Assembly (NCBI GenBank): GCA_034679225.1
Contig: JAXDBC010000017.1
Location: 9,565-73,564, forward strand
Length of the DNA stretch: 64,000 nt
Source of the DNA: Bacteroidales bacterium
GTDB lineage: Bacteria; Bacteroidota; Bacteroidia; Bacteroidales; VadinHA17
Reading direction: 5' to 3'
Every line of letters starts with the position of its first letter. Position 1 is the stretch's first letter. The position numbers were made by a program, and so were the translations under genes. Positions 55,867 to 64,000 of this stretch are shown piece by piece. Under the pieces are notes generated by a model, which was given only the letters and a program-made list of their open reading frames with translations, was not told the DNA's origin and searched no databases.

Positions 55867-57227
55867 TTATCGTGAATAATTTCCATTTCGTAATCCCACT
55901 TGTCAAAATAAAGGTTCCCTCCCTTCCATTCCACCTCTCCTCTCTGAAAATCGTAAGGTTCGCTTCTGAAAAAAGTTTTTTCGGGCCATAGCCTGCCTGC
56001 CACTCCATTGTTGATAATCAGCCTGTATGAATCGATCCCCGAGATGTAGAACTCCCTCAGCTTCCTGTCTTCCGAGTATTGCAGCCCGTATGAAATATCG
56101 ACAGGTATCCATCCGGCGCCTTCAATATATACTTCACACCAGTCGTGAAGATTTTTTCCGCCGGGTGGCACCTTCCAGCCGCTCTGCCATCTTACAGGTA
56201 TCCCCTTATACCGCAGCATCGACATCAGCAGAAAGGTTTGCATCCCGCAGTCGCCTCTCCGGTTCTGAATTACATATTCCGGAATAGTTGTTTGTATCGA
56301 GTATTCCTGTGCACCTGCCCAGGGTATATTGTTTGAGAACCAGAGGTAAAATTTCCGGCAGGTCTCTACCGGATTCTCTCCATCCCCTGCTATTGAATCG
56401 GCCAGCTTCCTGACGTTATCCGTGAAACAGATGTGCGGGAGCTGTTCGGAAGTATGTTTCTTGTATAAGGCCGAACTTGTGTCGTATGGCTGGAAGGTTA
56501 GTCTTTCAGGATCAAAATACTGCCCCCTTGTCTCAAGGCTGAAGGATGCTTTGAACACTACCGGTTTACCCTTTTCAGCCTTTGCCTCCAGATAGACTGT
56601 CCTGTGAACAGCCGAATCAGGTGAGATATAATAATCTCCCGGAGAAGCTGAAATGAATTTCACATTGCCCTGCCTGGGATGATCTTCTCTTGGATATGGC
56701 AGCCAGCATCTGACAGTTTCACCGGGAGGAACGGCATCAGGAAGAACCGTAAGAGTGTAATTAATAGTCATGCTGACAGGAAGGACCGGCAGAGCCTCTG
56801 TTTTCGAAGCATTCATAATCAATCTGGTATGGCCTTTCCTGTGAATAATCTCCGGATTGGAGGCTTCCATGCTGTCGCTTGCTGCCCGGTTGAAGTGAAA
56901 GTCCCTGATTAGCTGAAGGTTCCGCGCAGCCCTGCTGAAATATCTCTTTTCGCCATTTATAATCTTGTATTCCAGCCAGTTTCTTCTCTCCATTTCAGCC
57001 TTTTCCTCAGCAGAAAGCCTCCCTATCCTTTTTTTGAGTTGCCTGTCGATCTGCTCTTCGGTATAAGGAAAGTCAAGGGCTGTTCTTTCTTCGATCAGAG
57101 CCAGCGTATCAAAGGGATTGGAAAGGATTGCAATTTTTTCCGATGGCCGCTTACATCCGGTGGCGGTTGCCATCAGGAGCGCTAAGCTTAAATAAAACGG
57201 GTTGATCTTCATGATGAGATTTCTCAA
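55863..57227 (-). CDS. Transglutaminase-like cysteine-protease-fold lipoprotein
   Basis: Lipobox MATATGC and core RRGDCGMQTFLLMSMLRYKGIPVRW...HDWCEVY. It overlaps the C40 gene by 4 nt. Confidence 0.75.
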   Translation of the reverse strand: MRNLIMKINPFYLSLALLMATATGCKRPSEKIAILSNPFDTLALIEERTALDFPYTEEQIDRQLKKRIGRLSAEEKAEMERRNWLEYKIINGEKRYFSRAARNLQLIRDFHFNRAASDSMEASNPEIIHRKGHTRLIMNASKTEALPVLPVSMTINYTLTVLPDAVPPGETVRCWLPYPREDHPRQGNVKFISASPGDYYISPDSAVHRTVYLEAKAEKGKPVVFKASFSLETRGQYFDPERLTFQPYDTSSALYKKHTSEQLPHICFTDNVRKLADSIAGDGENPVETCRKFYLWFSNNIPWAGAQEYSIQTTIPEYVIQNRRGDCGMQTFLLMSMLRYKGIPVRWQSGWKVPPGGKNLHDWCEVYIEGAGWIPVDISYGLQYSEDRKLREFYISGIDSYRLIINNGVAGRLWPEKTFFRSEPYDFQRGEVEWKGGNLYFDKWDYEMEIIHDK

Positions 57228-57301
57228 ACGTAAATTTATAAAAATAGGAAAACATTAATATATCCCATCCCTTGCCGTGATTCAAACATAGCCGAAAGCT
57301 T

Positions 57302-57574
57302 CTAATACCTGACGGTGAAATCTATGTAATCCATGGGCGGATAAACATCAACTGTAACCGATTCGACATATCCGGGCCCCTTCCTGCACCAGTCGGTGAA
57401 ATCCCGCAACTGTTTCCTTGTTCCCTCAGCCTCGATAAATACACTTCCGTCGGGCATATTCTTCACATAACCCTTTATCCCGCGGCTTGCAGCTTGCCTC
57501 AGTGTCCGCCACCGGAATCCCACACCCTGGACATAACCCTTGACACGTATCTTGTAAAGGAGTTTTTCTTCCAT
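57302..57574 (-). CDS. acyP: Acylphosphatase
   Basis: Start at MEEKLLYKIRVKGYVQGVGFRW (ATG 57574), about 90 aa, with the classic VxGxVQGVGFR motif. Confidence 0.85.
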   Translation of the reverse strand: MEEKLLYKIRVKGYVQGVGFRWRTLRQAASRGIKGYVKNMPDGSVFIEAEGTRKQLRDFTDWCRKGPGYVESVTVDVYPPMDYIDFTVRY

Positions 57575-57968
57575 AAGTCCGGATTGATATACCTGATGAA
57601 TCCGGTTAAAATTAAGGATAAAATCCTTAACAGAGAACAAGGGATTTACCCGAAAGATTGGTTCCGGGGGCCAAATGCCGCTAACCACGGGCAAAACTCC
57701 TTATCCGGCTATTGTATGTTTTCAAAATCCATTACCTTATCTCCTATAAAACTCTCCGGATTTTTATTCGTTTTTGTGTCAATCGGGATTTTTCATGTAC
57801 ATTTATATGAGTTAATTTAACAGACCGGCATGACCTGAACAAGCAGGCCATTTGTAATTCTGTTACTGACTGTAAGTTATGTCGTGACGGGCAGGAAAGG
57901 ACTCAGTTCCGGTTTTTACGATGCCATCCTGCTTAAGGCAGATATTCAATAAATTAATACCATACACT

Positions 57969-58940
57969 ATGAAATACAGGACATTCGGACGAACAAACTG
58001 GAAAGTAAGCGAAATCGGCTACGGCATGTGGGGCATGGCAGGGTGGAGCGGTTCAGATGATGAAGAATCTCTTCAGTCGCTTCAGCTTTCTGTCGATCTC
58101 GGCTGCACATTTTTCGACACTGCATGGGGATACGGTGCTGGGAAGAGCGAAGGGCTCCTCGGACAAATTATAAGGGCAAACCCCGGTAAAAAGCTATACA
58201 CTGCAACCAAGATGCCGCCAAAGAACTTCAAATGGCCGGCGAGAAGGGAATACACTCTCGACGACTGCTTCCCTCCCGACCATATTGAGGAATATGTAAA
58301 CAGGAGTCTTAAAAATGCAGGGCTTGAAGCTTTCGACCTGATGCAGTTTCATACCTGGGAAGACAAGTGGCTGGAGGATGACCGCGGTATCAGGAAGATG
58401 ATCGAATTGAAAGAACAGGGATTGTTCCATGCCATTGGGATCAGCCTTAACCGCTGGGAGCCATGGAACGGGGTTAAAGCCGTAAAAAGCGGACTGATAG
58501 ACTCCGTTCAGGTGATTTACAATATTTTCGACCAGAATCCAAAAGATGAGCTGTTCCCGGCCTGTCGTGAAATGAATGTGGCCGTGATCGCGCGTGTTCC
58601 CTTCGATGAGGGAACTCTCACCGGCACCCTGACTAAAGAGTCAAAATGGCCTGCAGGTGACTGGAGGAATACCTATTTTGTTCCCGAGAATCTCAATGCC
58701 AGTGTTGACAGAGCTGAAGCGCTCAGGGCTATTTTACCTGAAGGGATGACCATGCCGGAGATGGCGTTGCGTTTTATCCTCAGTGAACCCACTGTCAGTA
58801 CCATAATACCCGGTATGAGAAAGCCGTCACATGCCAGGAGCAACCTGGCTGCAAGCAATGCCGGGCCACTGTCACCGGAACTTCTTAAGGAACTCGAAAA
58901 ACATCGCTGGGACAGAAAACCCACGTCCTGGTCGCAATAG
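57969..58940 (+). CDS. Aldo/keto reductase
   Basis: Start at MKYRTFGRTNWKVSEIGYGMWG. AKR blocks FFDTAWGYG and IPGMRKPSHARSN. Confidence 0.9.
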   Translation: MKYRTFGRTNWKVSEIGYGMWGMAGWSGSDDEESLQSLQLSVDLGCTFFDTAWGYGAGKSEGLLGQIIRANPGKKLYTATKMPPKNFKWPARREYTLDDCFPPDHIEEYVNRSLKNAGLEAFDLMQFHTWEDKWLEDDRGIRKMIELKEQGLFHAIGISLNRWEPWNGVKAVKSGLIDSVQVIYNIFDQNPKDELFPACREMNVAVIARVPFDEGTLTGTLTKESKWPAGDWRNTYFVPENLNASVDRAEALRAILPEGMTMPEMALRFILSEPTVSTIIPGMRKPSHARSNLAASNAGPLSPELLKELEKHRWDRKPTSWSQ

Positions 58941-58984
58941 ATCATTTACCGGAGCTTCGCCATCCTGTTCACTCAGGCAGAAAG

Positions 58985-59026
58985 GGTACGCGGTACGCAA
59001 TATGCGATTCGGGGTTCAAGGTTCGA
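58985..59026. repeat. Duplicated heptamers GGTACGC GGTACGC and GGTTCAA GGTTCGA
   Basis: Located at 58985-58998 and 59013-59026, with the same word type as 24772-24800. Confidence 0.6.
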
Positions 59027-59077
59027 GAGTAGCACAGCTAGCGGCGTACAGGCTGCACAGGTCTGCTCTATATGAAT

Positions 59078-59117
59078 CCCCTCCGCCGGAGGGCCTGCCC
59101 CGCCCTAAGCGGGGGGC
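59078..59117. repeat. Two adjacent GC hairpins; the second is a solo copy of the element inner-hairpin module
   Basis: CCCTCCG/CGGAGGG lies within 59079-59093. CCTGCCCCGC-cctaa-GCGGGGGG (59094-59116) resembles CCTGCCCCGC-tcaa-GCGGGGG of copy 3 (31676-31696). Confidence 0.6.
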
Positions 59118-59252
59118 TAGGGGTGGGTTCTTACTTGGTATGCGGGAAGAATGGCATGCCGTTCTTACGACCCGTGCCCTGAGTCTTGTGCCATATTATT
59201 ACAAAAACGCCGGGAATATTATTTTGATATGAAAAATATAATGAATTACTTT

Positions 59253-59271
59253 GTTATAACAATGTTATAAC
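59253..59271 (+). promoter_or_regulatory. Candidate MazE operator: twin GTTATAAC palindromes
   Basis: GTTATAAC-AAT-GTTATAAC with an 11-bp centre-to-centre spacing, 13 nt upstream of the mazE ATG. AbrB-type antitoxins typically autoregulate through such sites. Confidence 0.45.
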
Positions 59272-59283
59272 ATCGTGTAAGCA

Positions 59284-59493
59284 ATGGAAAGTCAGGTAAT
59301 TCAGATCGGGAACTCAAAAGGGATCATACTCAGCAGGGCAATCCTTGAAAGGTACGACATCCGGAACAAGGTAGATCTTGAACTGAGGAAGAATCACATC
59401 AAAATCTCAGCCCAGAGACAGTCGCGAGATGGATGGGGCAAGGCCTTGAATGAGATGAATTCAAGGGGAGAGGACATCCTTCTTCTTAAGTAA
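59284..59493 (+). CDS. mazE: AbrB/MazE/SpoVT-family antitoxin
   Basis: 69 aa. MESQVIQIGNSKGIILSRAILERY matches the swapped-hairpin DNA-binding motif (GNSxGxxIP-like). Confidence 0.8.
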   Translation: MESQVIQIGNSKGIILSRAILERYDIRNKVDLELRKNHIKISAQRQSRDGWGKALNEMNSRGEDILLLK

Positions 59494-59519
59494 TCAATCT
59501 TATTTAAATCCACAATCCT

Positions 59520-59843
59520 ATGGAAGTAAACCAGTACAGCATAGTGCTCGCGGGTCAGGATACGTCGTCCGGCAATGAAGCCGGCAATGGCGTTCAATGC
59601 GTTGTAATCTCTCCCGCTGAGATGAACAACGCTCTCCGGACCATCACGCTGGCTCCCCTGTGTCCGGATACCGGGGACTACCCGACAAGGGTGAGAATAA
59701 AATCCGGAACAAAACAGGTCAGGATCGCGCTCGATCAGATCATGACCATAGAAAAGAAAAGGATTCTGAAAGTTATCGGCGACTTAAGTCCTGCAGAGAT
59801 AAAGAAGGTCAAGTCAGTGCTGAAGGAGATTTTTATCGATTAG
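59520..59843 (+). CDS. mazF: PemK/MazF-family toxin homolog (divergent N-terminal patch)
   Basis: 107 aa. CVVISPAEMN and ALDQIMTIEKKRILKVIGDLSPAEIKKV match MazF blocks. The usual ...KxRP preceding CVVIS reads GNGVQ here. Confidence 0.75.
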   Translation: MEVNQYSIVLAGQDTSSGNEAGNGVQCVVISPAEMNNALRTITLAPLCPDTGDYPTRVRIKSGTKQVRIALDQIMTIEKKRILKVIGDLSPAEIKKVKSVLKEIFID

Positions 59844-59884
59844 CACAAGCTTTTGAATTTTATCCATGTTTTATCTTTAATATC

Positions 59885-60979
59885 ATGCTCAACATCTATG
59901 ATATAAGATTTTGGCTTTTGTCTCTTATTATTCTGATCACGTCTGATCTCGGGCAGAATCCGGCGCGGAAAGATCCGGCAAAACTGCTTAAGCACTTTAC
60001 AAATCCGATTTTTGATGGCGCTGATCCGTGGATGATACAAAAGGGCAAATATTATTATTATTGCTTTTCTTCAGGCAATGGTATTTATGTTTCAAGATCT
60101 GAATTTATAACCCGTAGAGGAGAGCCGGTCAGGGTGTGGCAGGCTCCCCGATCAGGATGGAACAGGTCATGTGTGTGGGCTCCTGAGCTTCATTATATTG
60201 ATAATCGCTGGTATATTTATTTTGCTGCCGGGGAATCGGGTCCTCCCTATGTGCATCAGAAGACAGGAGTGCTGCAATCATTGAATGATGATGCTCTTGG
60301 CGGCTATAAAGATCTGGGAACGGTATACACGGGCGACAATCCTGATCTTAAAAGCAATAATATCTGGGCAATCGACATGACTGTTTTCAGGCATCGGGAG
60401 AAGCTATATGCAGTATGGTCAGGCTGGGAAAAACCGGCAGAAACCGACAAGACCCCCCAGCATCTTTATATTGCTGAAATGGAAAATCCGTTTACGGTCA
60501 GAAGCCCGAGAATAAAAATCTCATCTCCCTCGGAGCCATGGGAAAACGGCGGCCCCCTTGACCTTCAGGAAGGTCCGCAGGTACTGAAAAAAGGTGATAA
60601 TCTTTTTATAGTCTATTCATGCCGTGAATCATGGACAGTAGATTACAGGCTTGGAATTCTTAAACTTAAGAACCCCGGTTCAGATCCTTTGTCACCTGAA
60701 TCGTGGGAAAAAACCGGACCTGTTTTCAGCGGCCCTTTCGGAACCGGCCACTGTTCATTTGTAAAATCGCCTGACGGACTTGAAGACTGGATAATATATC
60801 ATTCCAAGAAGAGCGTTAAAGAAGGCTGGCAGAGGGATATAAGAGCCCAACGCTTCGGATGGGATCCAAAAGGATATCCTGTTTTCGGGGAAGCGGTTAA
60901 GGCGGGAGCAAGTATTGCAAGACCATCCGGGGAATACCGGCTTGAAAAGAAATTGAGAAAAACCGGAACTGCTTTTTAA
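59885..60979 (+). CDS. Glycoside hydrolase family 43
   Basis: Start at MLNIYDIRFWLLSLIILI (ATG 59885). Five-bladed-propeller blocks NPIFDGADPWMIQ, VWAPELHYIDNRWYIYFA and QEGPQVLKKGDNLFIVYS. Confidence 0.85.
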   Translation: MLNIYDIRFWLLSLIILITSDLGQNPARKDPAKLLKHFTNPIFDGADPWMIQKGKYYYYCFSSGNGIYVSRSEFITRRGEPVRVWQAPRSGWNRSCVWAPELHYIDNRWYIYFAAGESGPPYVHQKTGVLQSLNDDALGGYKDLGTVYTGDNPDLKSNNIWAIDMTVFRHREKLYAVWSGWEKPAETDKTPQHLYIAEMENPFTVRSPRIKISSPSEPWENGGPLDLQEGPQVLKKGDNLFIVYSCRESWTVDYRLGILKLKNPGSDPLSPESWEKTGPVFSGPFGTGHCSFVKSPDGLEDWIIYHSKKSVKEGWQRDIRAQRFGWDPKGYPVFGEAVKAGASIARPSGEYRLEKKLRKTGTAF

Positions 60980-60985
60980 GCCCAA

Positions 60986-61168
60986 TTATTTCTTCCTGTA
61001 AGAGTAGGCATCCCTGTAAACCCGGTTAATCCCGTCAGCGCGGTAAGCCTTACTCTGGAACACAGACGATTTCACATTATTTGCAGCATCACTGTATGCA
61101 GGGCACACTTCCTTGTTGCATGAGGCAAGCAGGATCAATGCCGGAATTAAAAACAAGAGCTTCTTCAT
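60986..61168 (-). CDS. Small lipoprotein, unknown function
   Basis: MKKLLFLIPALILLASC lipobox from Met7. About 60 aa with a basic C-terminus. Confidence 0.5.
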   Translation of the reverse strand: MKKLLFLIPALILLASCNKEVCPAYSDAANNVKSSVFQSKAYRADGINRVYRDAYSYRKK

Positions 61169-61499
61169 AGGGCTAAAGATAGTCATTAAATCCCGGAATT
61201 CCCGGGAAGCAATGGTTCTTTATCAAAAGAACTCCGGAATGGCATTGCATGGCATCAAATAGCAAGTCTTTTTCTCTCCGAATCTACCGTGGACGAAAAA
61301 GAAGAGCTTAAGTTCCTGATGTGACTAACAACTGATTTTTGTTGATGAAAGCACGGTATTCTTTGACTAACGAGATTGACTTGAGGGTGGTAATTGATGT
61401 AATTTGCATGTTCAAATCAGCGTGCAGCAATGCTGCCCGCGCAGCGCACTGATGGTTTCAGCGGGGCACAATATTAAATGAACAAGCTTAATTCGGATA

Positions 61500-61751
61500 A
61501 TGTCATTCAAATCTGATATATATCAAAAAGACTACCTGTTTTGGATAACTCCTTTTATCATACTTTTTCTGATTTTTTTTGTGATAAAAAGGGACAATAA
61601 GGCCAGGGATGAAGCGATACTGCATTACGATACTCACCGCTCCGACAGCACTCTTACATTAAAAACCAGAAAGGTCGAAGGAACCGGTAAAGTTAAAATT
61701 ACTGACAGCACATTCATATATTTCGCTGGAACAAGGGCTAACAATCCATAA
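61500..61751 (+). CDS. Hypothetical small membrane protein
   Basis: 83 aa with one TM segment (LFWITPFIILFLIFFVI). A canonical terminator follows 49 nt downstream. No family recognised. Confidence 0.4.
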   Translation: MSFKSDIYQKDYLFWITPFIILFLIFFVIKRDNKARDEAILHYDTHRSDSTLTLKTRKVEGTGKVKITDSTFIYFAGTRANNP

Positions 61752-61799
61752 TTTACAAAGTATCCGGGATAAAAATCAATAAGCCTTTTCATAAGAGAT

Positions 61800-61833
61800 A
61801 AACCCTGCAAACCCATCATTTGCAGGGTTTTTA
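61800..61833 (+). terminator. Rho-independent terminator (possibly bidirectional)
   Basis: Stem AACCCTGCAA/TTGCAGGGTT (61801-61810 and 61820-61829) followed by TTT. It lies between convergent genes. Confidence 0.65.
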
Positions 61834-61931
61834 GTTGGCGAATCCTTATCTCCTTCCCTTGCCTGGGTCACTTTTTCTCATTTCTGCACCAGGCATTGCA
61901 GCTCCTCCTCTTCCGGCTACCCTGTCTTCTG

Positions 61932-62933
61932 CTATTTGAATCTTTTAATGCCAACATAATACAGGTCAAAGCCACCTGTTCCGCCGGGACGATCAGATGA
62001 AAATATCATAAGGTCATTCATGAAGAAGCCCTCCTCTGCCGGAACAATCACGGGCCGGAATTCATCATACTCCGAGTTGATCTCATCGCCAAAGTTGACC
62101 GGGTCCGACCAGTTCTGCCCGTCAAACAATGAATACCACAGATCGAAACCTCCATGGCCTCCCTCCCTGTTGGAAGCAAATACCATAATATTGCCGTTCA
62201 CGAACGGACATTTTTCATCGGATTCTCCGCTTAGCCGGGTTACTTTGTTTACTTCAGCAGATGCAGACTCACTGATCAGTTTCCCTTCCTCGCTCACTGC
62301 CCTCCAGATATCCCAGGTGCCGTCGCGGTCAGAGCAGAAATAAGCAAGCTCATTCCCTGTATCCTCTCCATTGTGAATAGTAATATAAGCTTCATTGTAC
62401 CCGGTATTTATTGAAGAAAGCGGACTTGCATCACCAGCCGAAATGAAATCGCGATCCTCATCAAGGCTGTAATACATGCAGTAAATATCCTGGTCACCAG
62501 CTATATCCGAAGTATAGAAAAACCGTTGAGTTTCGCCAATATTCCATGACCCGTAGGGATTAAGGTTAGGATCGGCAGTAAAGTACGGTCCGAATTCATT
62601 TCCATTTGAATTAATAGCATCCAGAACTTCAAAATCAAAAGTTCTGGCCGACATAAGGAAATCGCCGGTTCTCAGATCGAAGAAAATGTCTCCCCGGTAG
62701 CCGACAAAGTCGAAGTCCTGACCCCTGCTGTTGCGCGATGAGGAAAAGATCAGTGAATACTCCTGACTTGCCCATGTGACCTCCAGATCCGAATTATAGT
62801 CGTCATAGACTGAATTTACTGCACTGAAATTTACAGCTACAGGTGGGATGATTCCCTTATCGAAATTAAGCCTGGGGTCATCGCATGAGACCAGGATCAG
62901 GATAAGAAGTGATATAATGGTTCCGGTTCTCAT
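61932..62933 (-). CDS. PD40 / TolB-like beta-propeller repeat lipoprotein
   Basis: Lipobox LILVSC and repeated FSS(D/N)R..G.GG.D(L/I)(W/Y) units: FSSSRNSRGQDFD, FCSDRDGTWDIW, FASNREGGHGGFDLWY, FSSDRPGGTGGFDLYY. Confidence 0.75.
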   Translation of the reverse strand: MRTGTIISLLILILVSCDDPRLNFDKGIIPPVAVNFSAVNSVYDDYNSDLEVTWASQEYSLIFSSSRNSRGQDFDFVGYRGDIFFDLRTGDFLMSARTFDFEVLDAINSNGNEFGPYFTADPNLNPYGSWNIGETQRFFYTSDIAGDQDIYCMYYSLDEDRDFISAGDASPLSSINTGYNEAYITIHNGEDTGNELAYFCSDRDGTWDIWRAVSEEGKLISESASAEVNKVTRLSGESDEKCPFVNGNIMVFASNREGGHGGFDLWYSLFDGQNWSDPVNFGDEINSEYDEFRPVIVPAEEGFFMNDLMIFSSDRPGGTGGFDLYYVGIKRFK

Positions 62934-63625
62934 TCTGTAATTTTTCCAAGGTTCATAATAAATCCGACATTTATATTCTGGTACCTTACCGGAAGATAGA
63001 AATAAGCATTGATGCCGGTATCGTCCTTAATTGAAGGTCTTGTGGCATTCAGGCTGTAGCCGGCGCTGAAGCCGTATCGTTCTGTAAGCCAGTGAATGAT
63101 TTTGACTGCAGCGTTGCTTGCCACAGCAAAGTCAGCATCTTTTTTCACCGAGTTGATCACTCCGAAATAGCTGTTTGTAGCTGTAATATCGGGATGGACT
63201 GTCAGGGCGGCTCCCAGATTCAACATCAGAAGGATATCCGTGTTGCTGAACTCCGGCACCTTGAATATCAGTCCAGCCATACCACTCATTATTTGATAGT
63301 TGCCGGCCGTGACCTGATTAGTTCCGTTCCCATTCATTACACGGTTATATTCAGCTTCAAACTTCCTTTCGCTTATTAAAATGTTTGAATATCCGATTGT
63401 GGCTGAAAGTCCGAAAAAACGTCCGGTATATCGTATCAGTGAAGTCTCGGTATTGAATCCTGCCGATGCAAAACCGGAGTTGACCGTCAGGCTTTTTGAC
63501 GCGAATTCCGCGTAGGGCAGTGACAAACCAGCGCCGGCCCCGAAGATTGTCTTTTTTATTTTCTGCGAATAGCAGTCGATTGCAAGCACTGACAACAAGG
63601 TCAGTATAAAAATAATCTTTTTCAT
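62930..63625 (-). CDS. Outer membrane beta-barrel (porin-like) protein
   Basis: Signal MKKIIFILTLLSVLAIDCYSQ and an alternating-hydrophobicity beta-strand pattern. Its stop overlaps the PD40 gene start by 4 nt. Confidence 0.65.
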   Translation of the reverse strand: MKKIIFILTLLSVLAIDCYSQKIKKTIFGAGAGLSLPYAEFASKSLTVNSGFASAGFNTETSLIRYTGRFFGLSATIGYSNILISERKFEAEYNRVMNGNGTNQVTAGNYQIMSGMAGLIFKVPEFSNTDILLMLNLGAALTVHPDITATNSYFGVINSVKKDADFAVASNAAVKIIHWLTERYGFSAGYSLNATRPSIKDDTGINAYFYLPVRYQNINVGFIMNLGKITE

Positions 63626-63725
63626 TTATGGCAGCTTATAGGGATCCGGGTAATCGTCAGTATTCAGGATTCCGCTACAAAAATCGCGCCATGCATACCC
63701 TCTCCCGGGGATTTTATCTTGTCAA

Positions 63726-64000
63726 TTATTTAACAGCGATCTGAAGCTGGGTAATTGAATGCGCCGGAAAAGTGTAACGAATTGTGTTGCCCTTGAACTT
63801 AATATCCTTTGTAACTATTTTAACATCTTCCTTCGTTTTTGTATTTGTCGAATTAACAGTTTCCCCGTTTACTTCGTTCACTTTGGCGTTTCCTGCATAA
63901 TCGCCCGATTGTAACAGGATATCAGTTGCGATAACTGATGTTTCATGCTTGTTTATTTCATTCACAACCAACTCCTTTGCAGATTCGTTAAAGGATGCTG
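63726..64000 (-). CDS. C-terminal end of a larger protein (glycoside-hydrolase-like beta-sandwich tail); 5' part outside the window
   Basis: The frame stays open upstream of the track start to base 64000 (...ASFNESAKELVVNEINKHE...). The ending RYTFPAHSITQLQIAVK resembles GH C-terminal domains. Weak assignment. Confidence 0.35.
   Translation of the reverse strand, partial: ASFNESAKELVVNEINKHETSVIATDILLQSGDYAGNAKVNEVNGETVNSTNTKTKEDVKIVTKDIKFKGNTIRYTFPAHSITQLQIAVK

Noticed and set aside
59011-59030. GGTTCGAG resembling a tRNA T-arm
   Set aside because: There is no acceptor stem, anticodon arm or D-arm context. It is part of a duplicated heptamer GGTTCAA GGTTCGA.
59660-59884. N-terminal 75-aa extension of the GH43 ORF, overlapping mazF in another frame
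   Set aside because: The extension is highly basic and overlaps a credible mazF. A signal-anchor-like start MLNIYDIRFWLLSLIILI at 59885 gives a normal GH43 length.

Overview
This 64-kb window reads as a core-chromosome segment of a Bacteroidota bacterium, probably Bacteroidales- or Marinilabiliales-like. The phylum call rests on TAnnTTTG -7 promoter boxes in front of many genes, no Shine-Dalgarno sequences, an extended ribosomal protein S16, and S46 peptidase, DUF5916 and GH57 gene content. About 60 genes are tightly packed. I saw no rRNA, tRNA, CRISPR array, integrase, transposase or phage genes. Gene content, left to right: a glycogen cluster (GH57, GT4, debranching enzyme); two TlpA-like thioredoxin lipoproteins plus lpxH; a tandem SiaB-like protein; comM/yifB; a LytTR two-component system next to a MacAB-type ABC efflux pump with adaptor and TolC; a zinc peptidase; mutL; two rhomboids; hppA; ddh; tsaC; rimM-rpsP; dnaE; trxA; ribD; prmC; recX; methylmalonyl-CoA mutase mutAB; prfB (its programmed +1 frameshift is split by the ORF track); rnhB; an S46 peptidase; rnhA; an exported murein-peptide trio (dipeptide epimerase, C40 peptidase, transglutaminase-like); a MazEF pair; GH43; and envelope proteins. 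I found no convincing new protein-coding system such as a defence island, retron, DGR or mobile element. What the annotation does not explain is non-coding. (1) A roughly 115-nt structured element occurs three times, twice bracketing tolC and once upstream of rpsP, with a compensatory-looking inner hairpin and a copy-borne uORF abutting the rpsP start. (2) Drifting 7-9-nt tandem duplications sit at gene ends, including a (G3N4)-type heptamer array. (3) A 520-bp ORF-free, hairpin-rich gap lies at 17.5-18.0 kb. Protein-level oddities are a MazF lacking the conserved Arg-Pro patch, an SxxC TlpA paralog, an orphan tandem SiaB-like protein and a Met-rich insert in the efflux adaptor. All calls come from reading the sequence and ORF track by eye. 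No BLAST, HMM or RNA-folding was run, so family names are recalled motif patterns and need confirmation.
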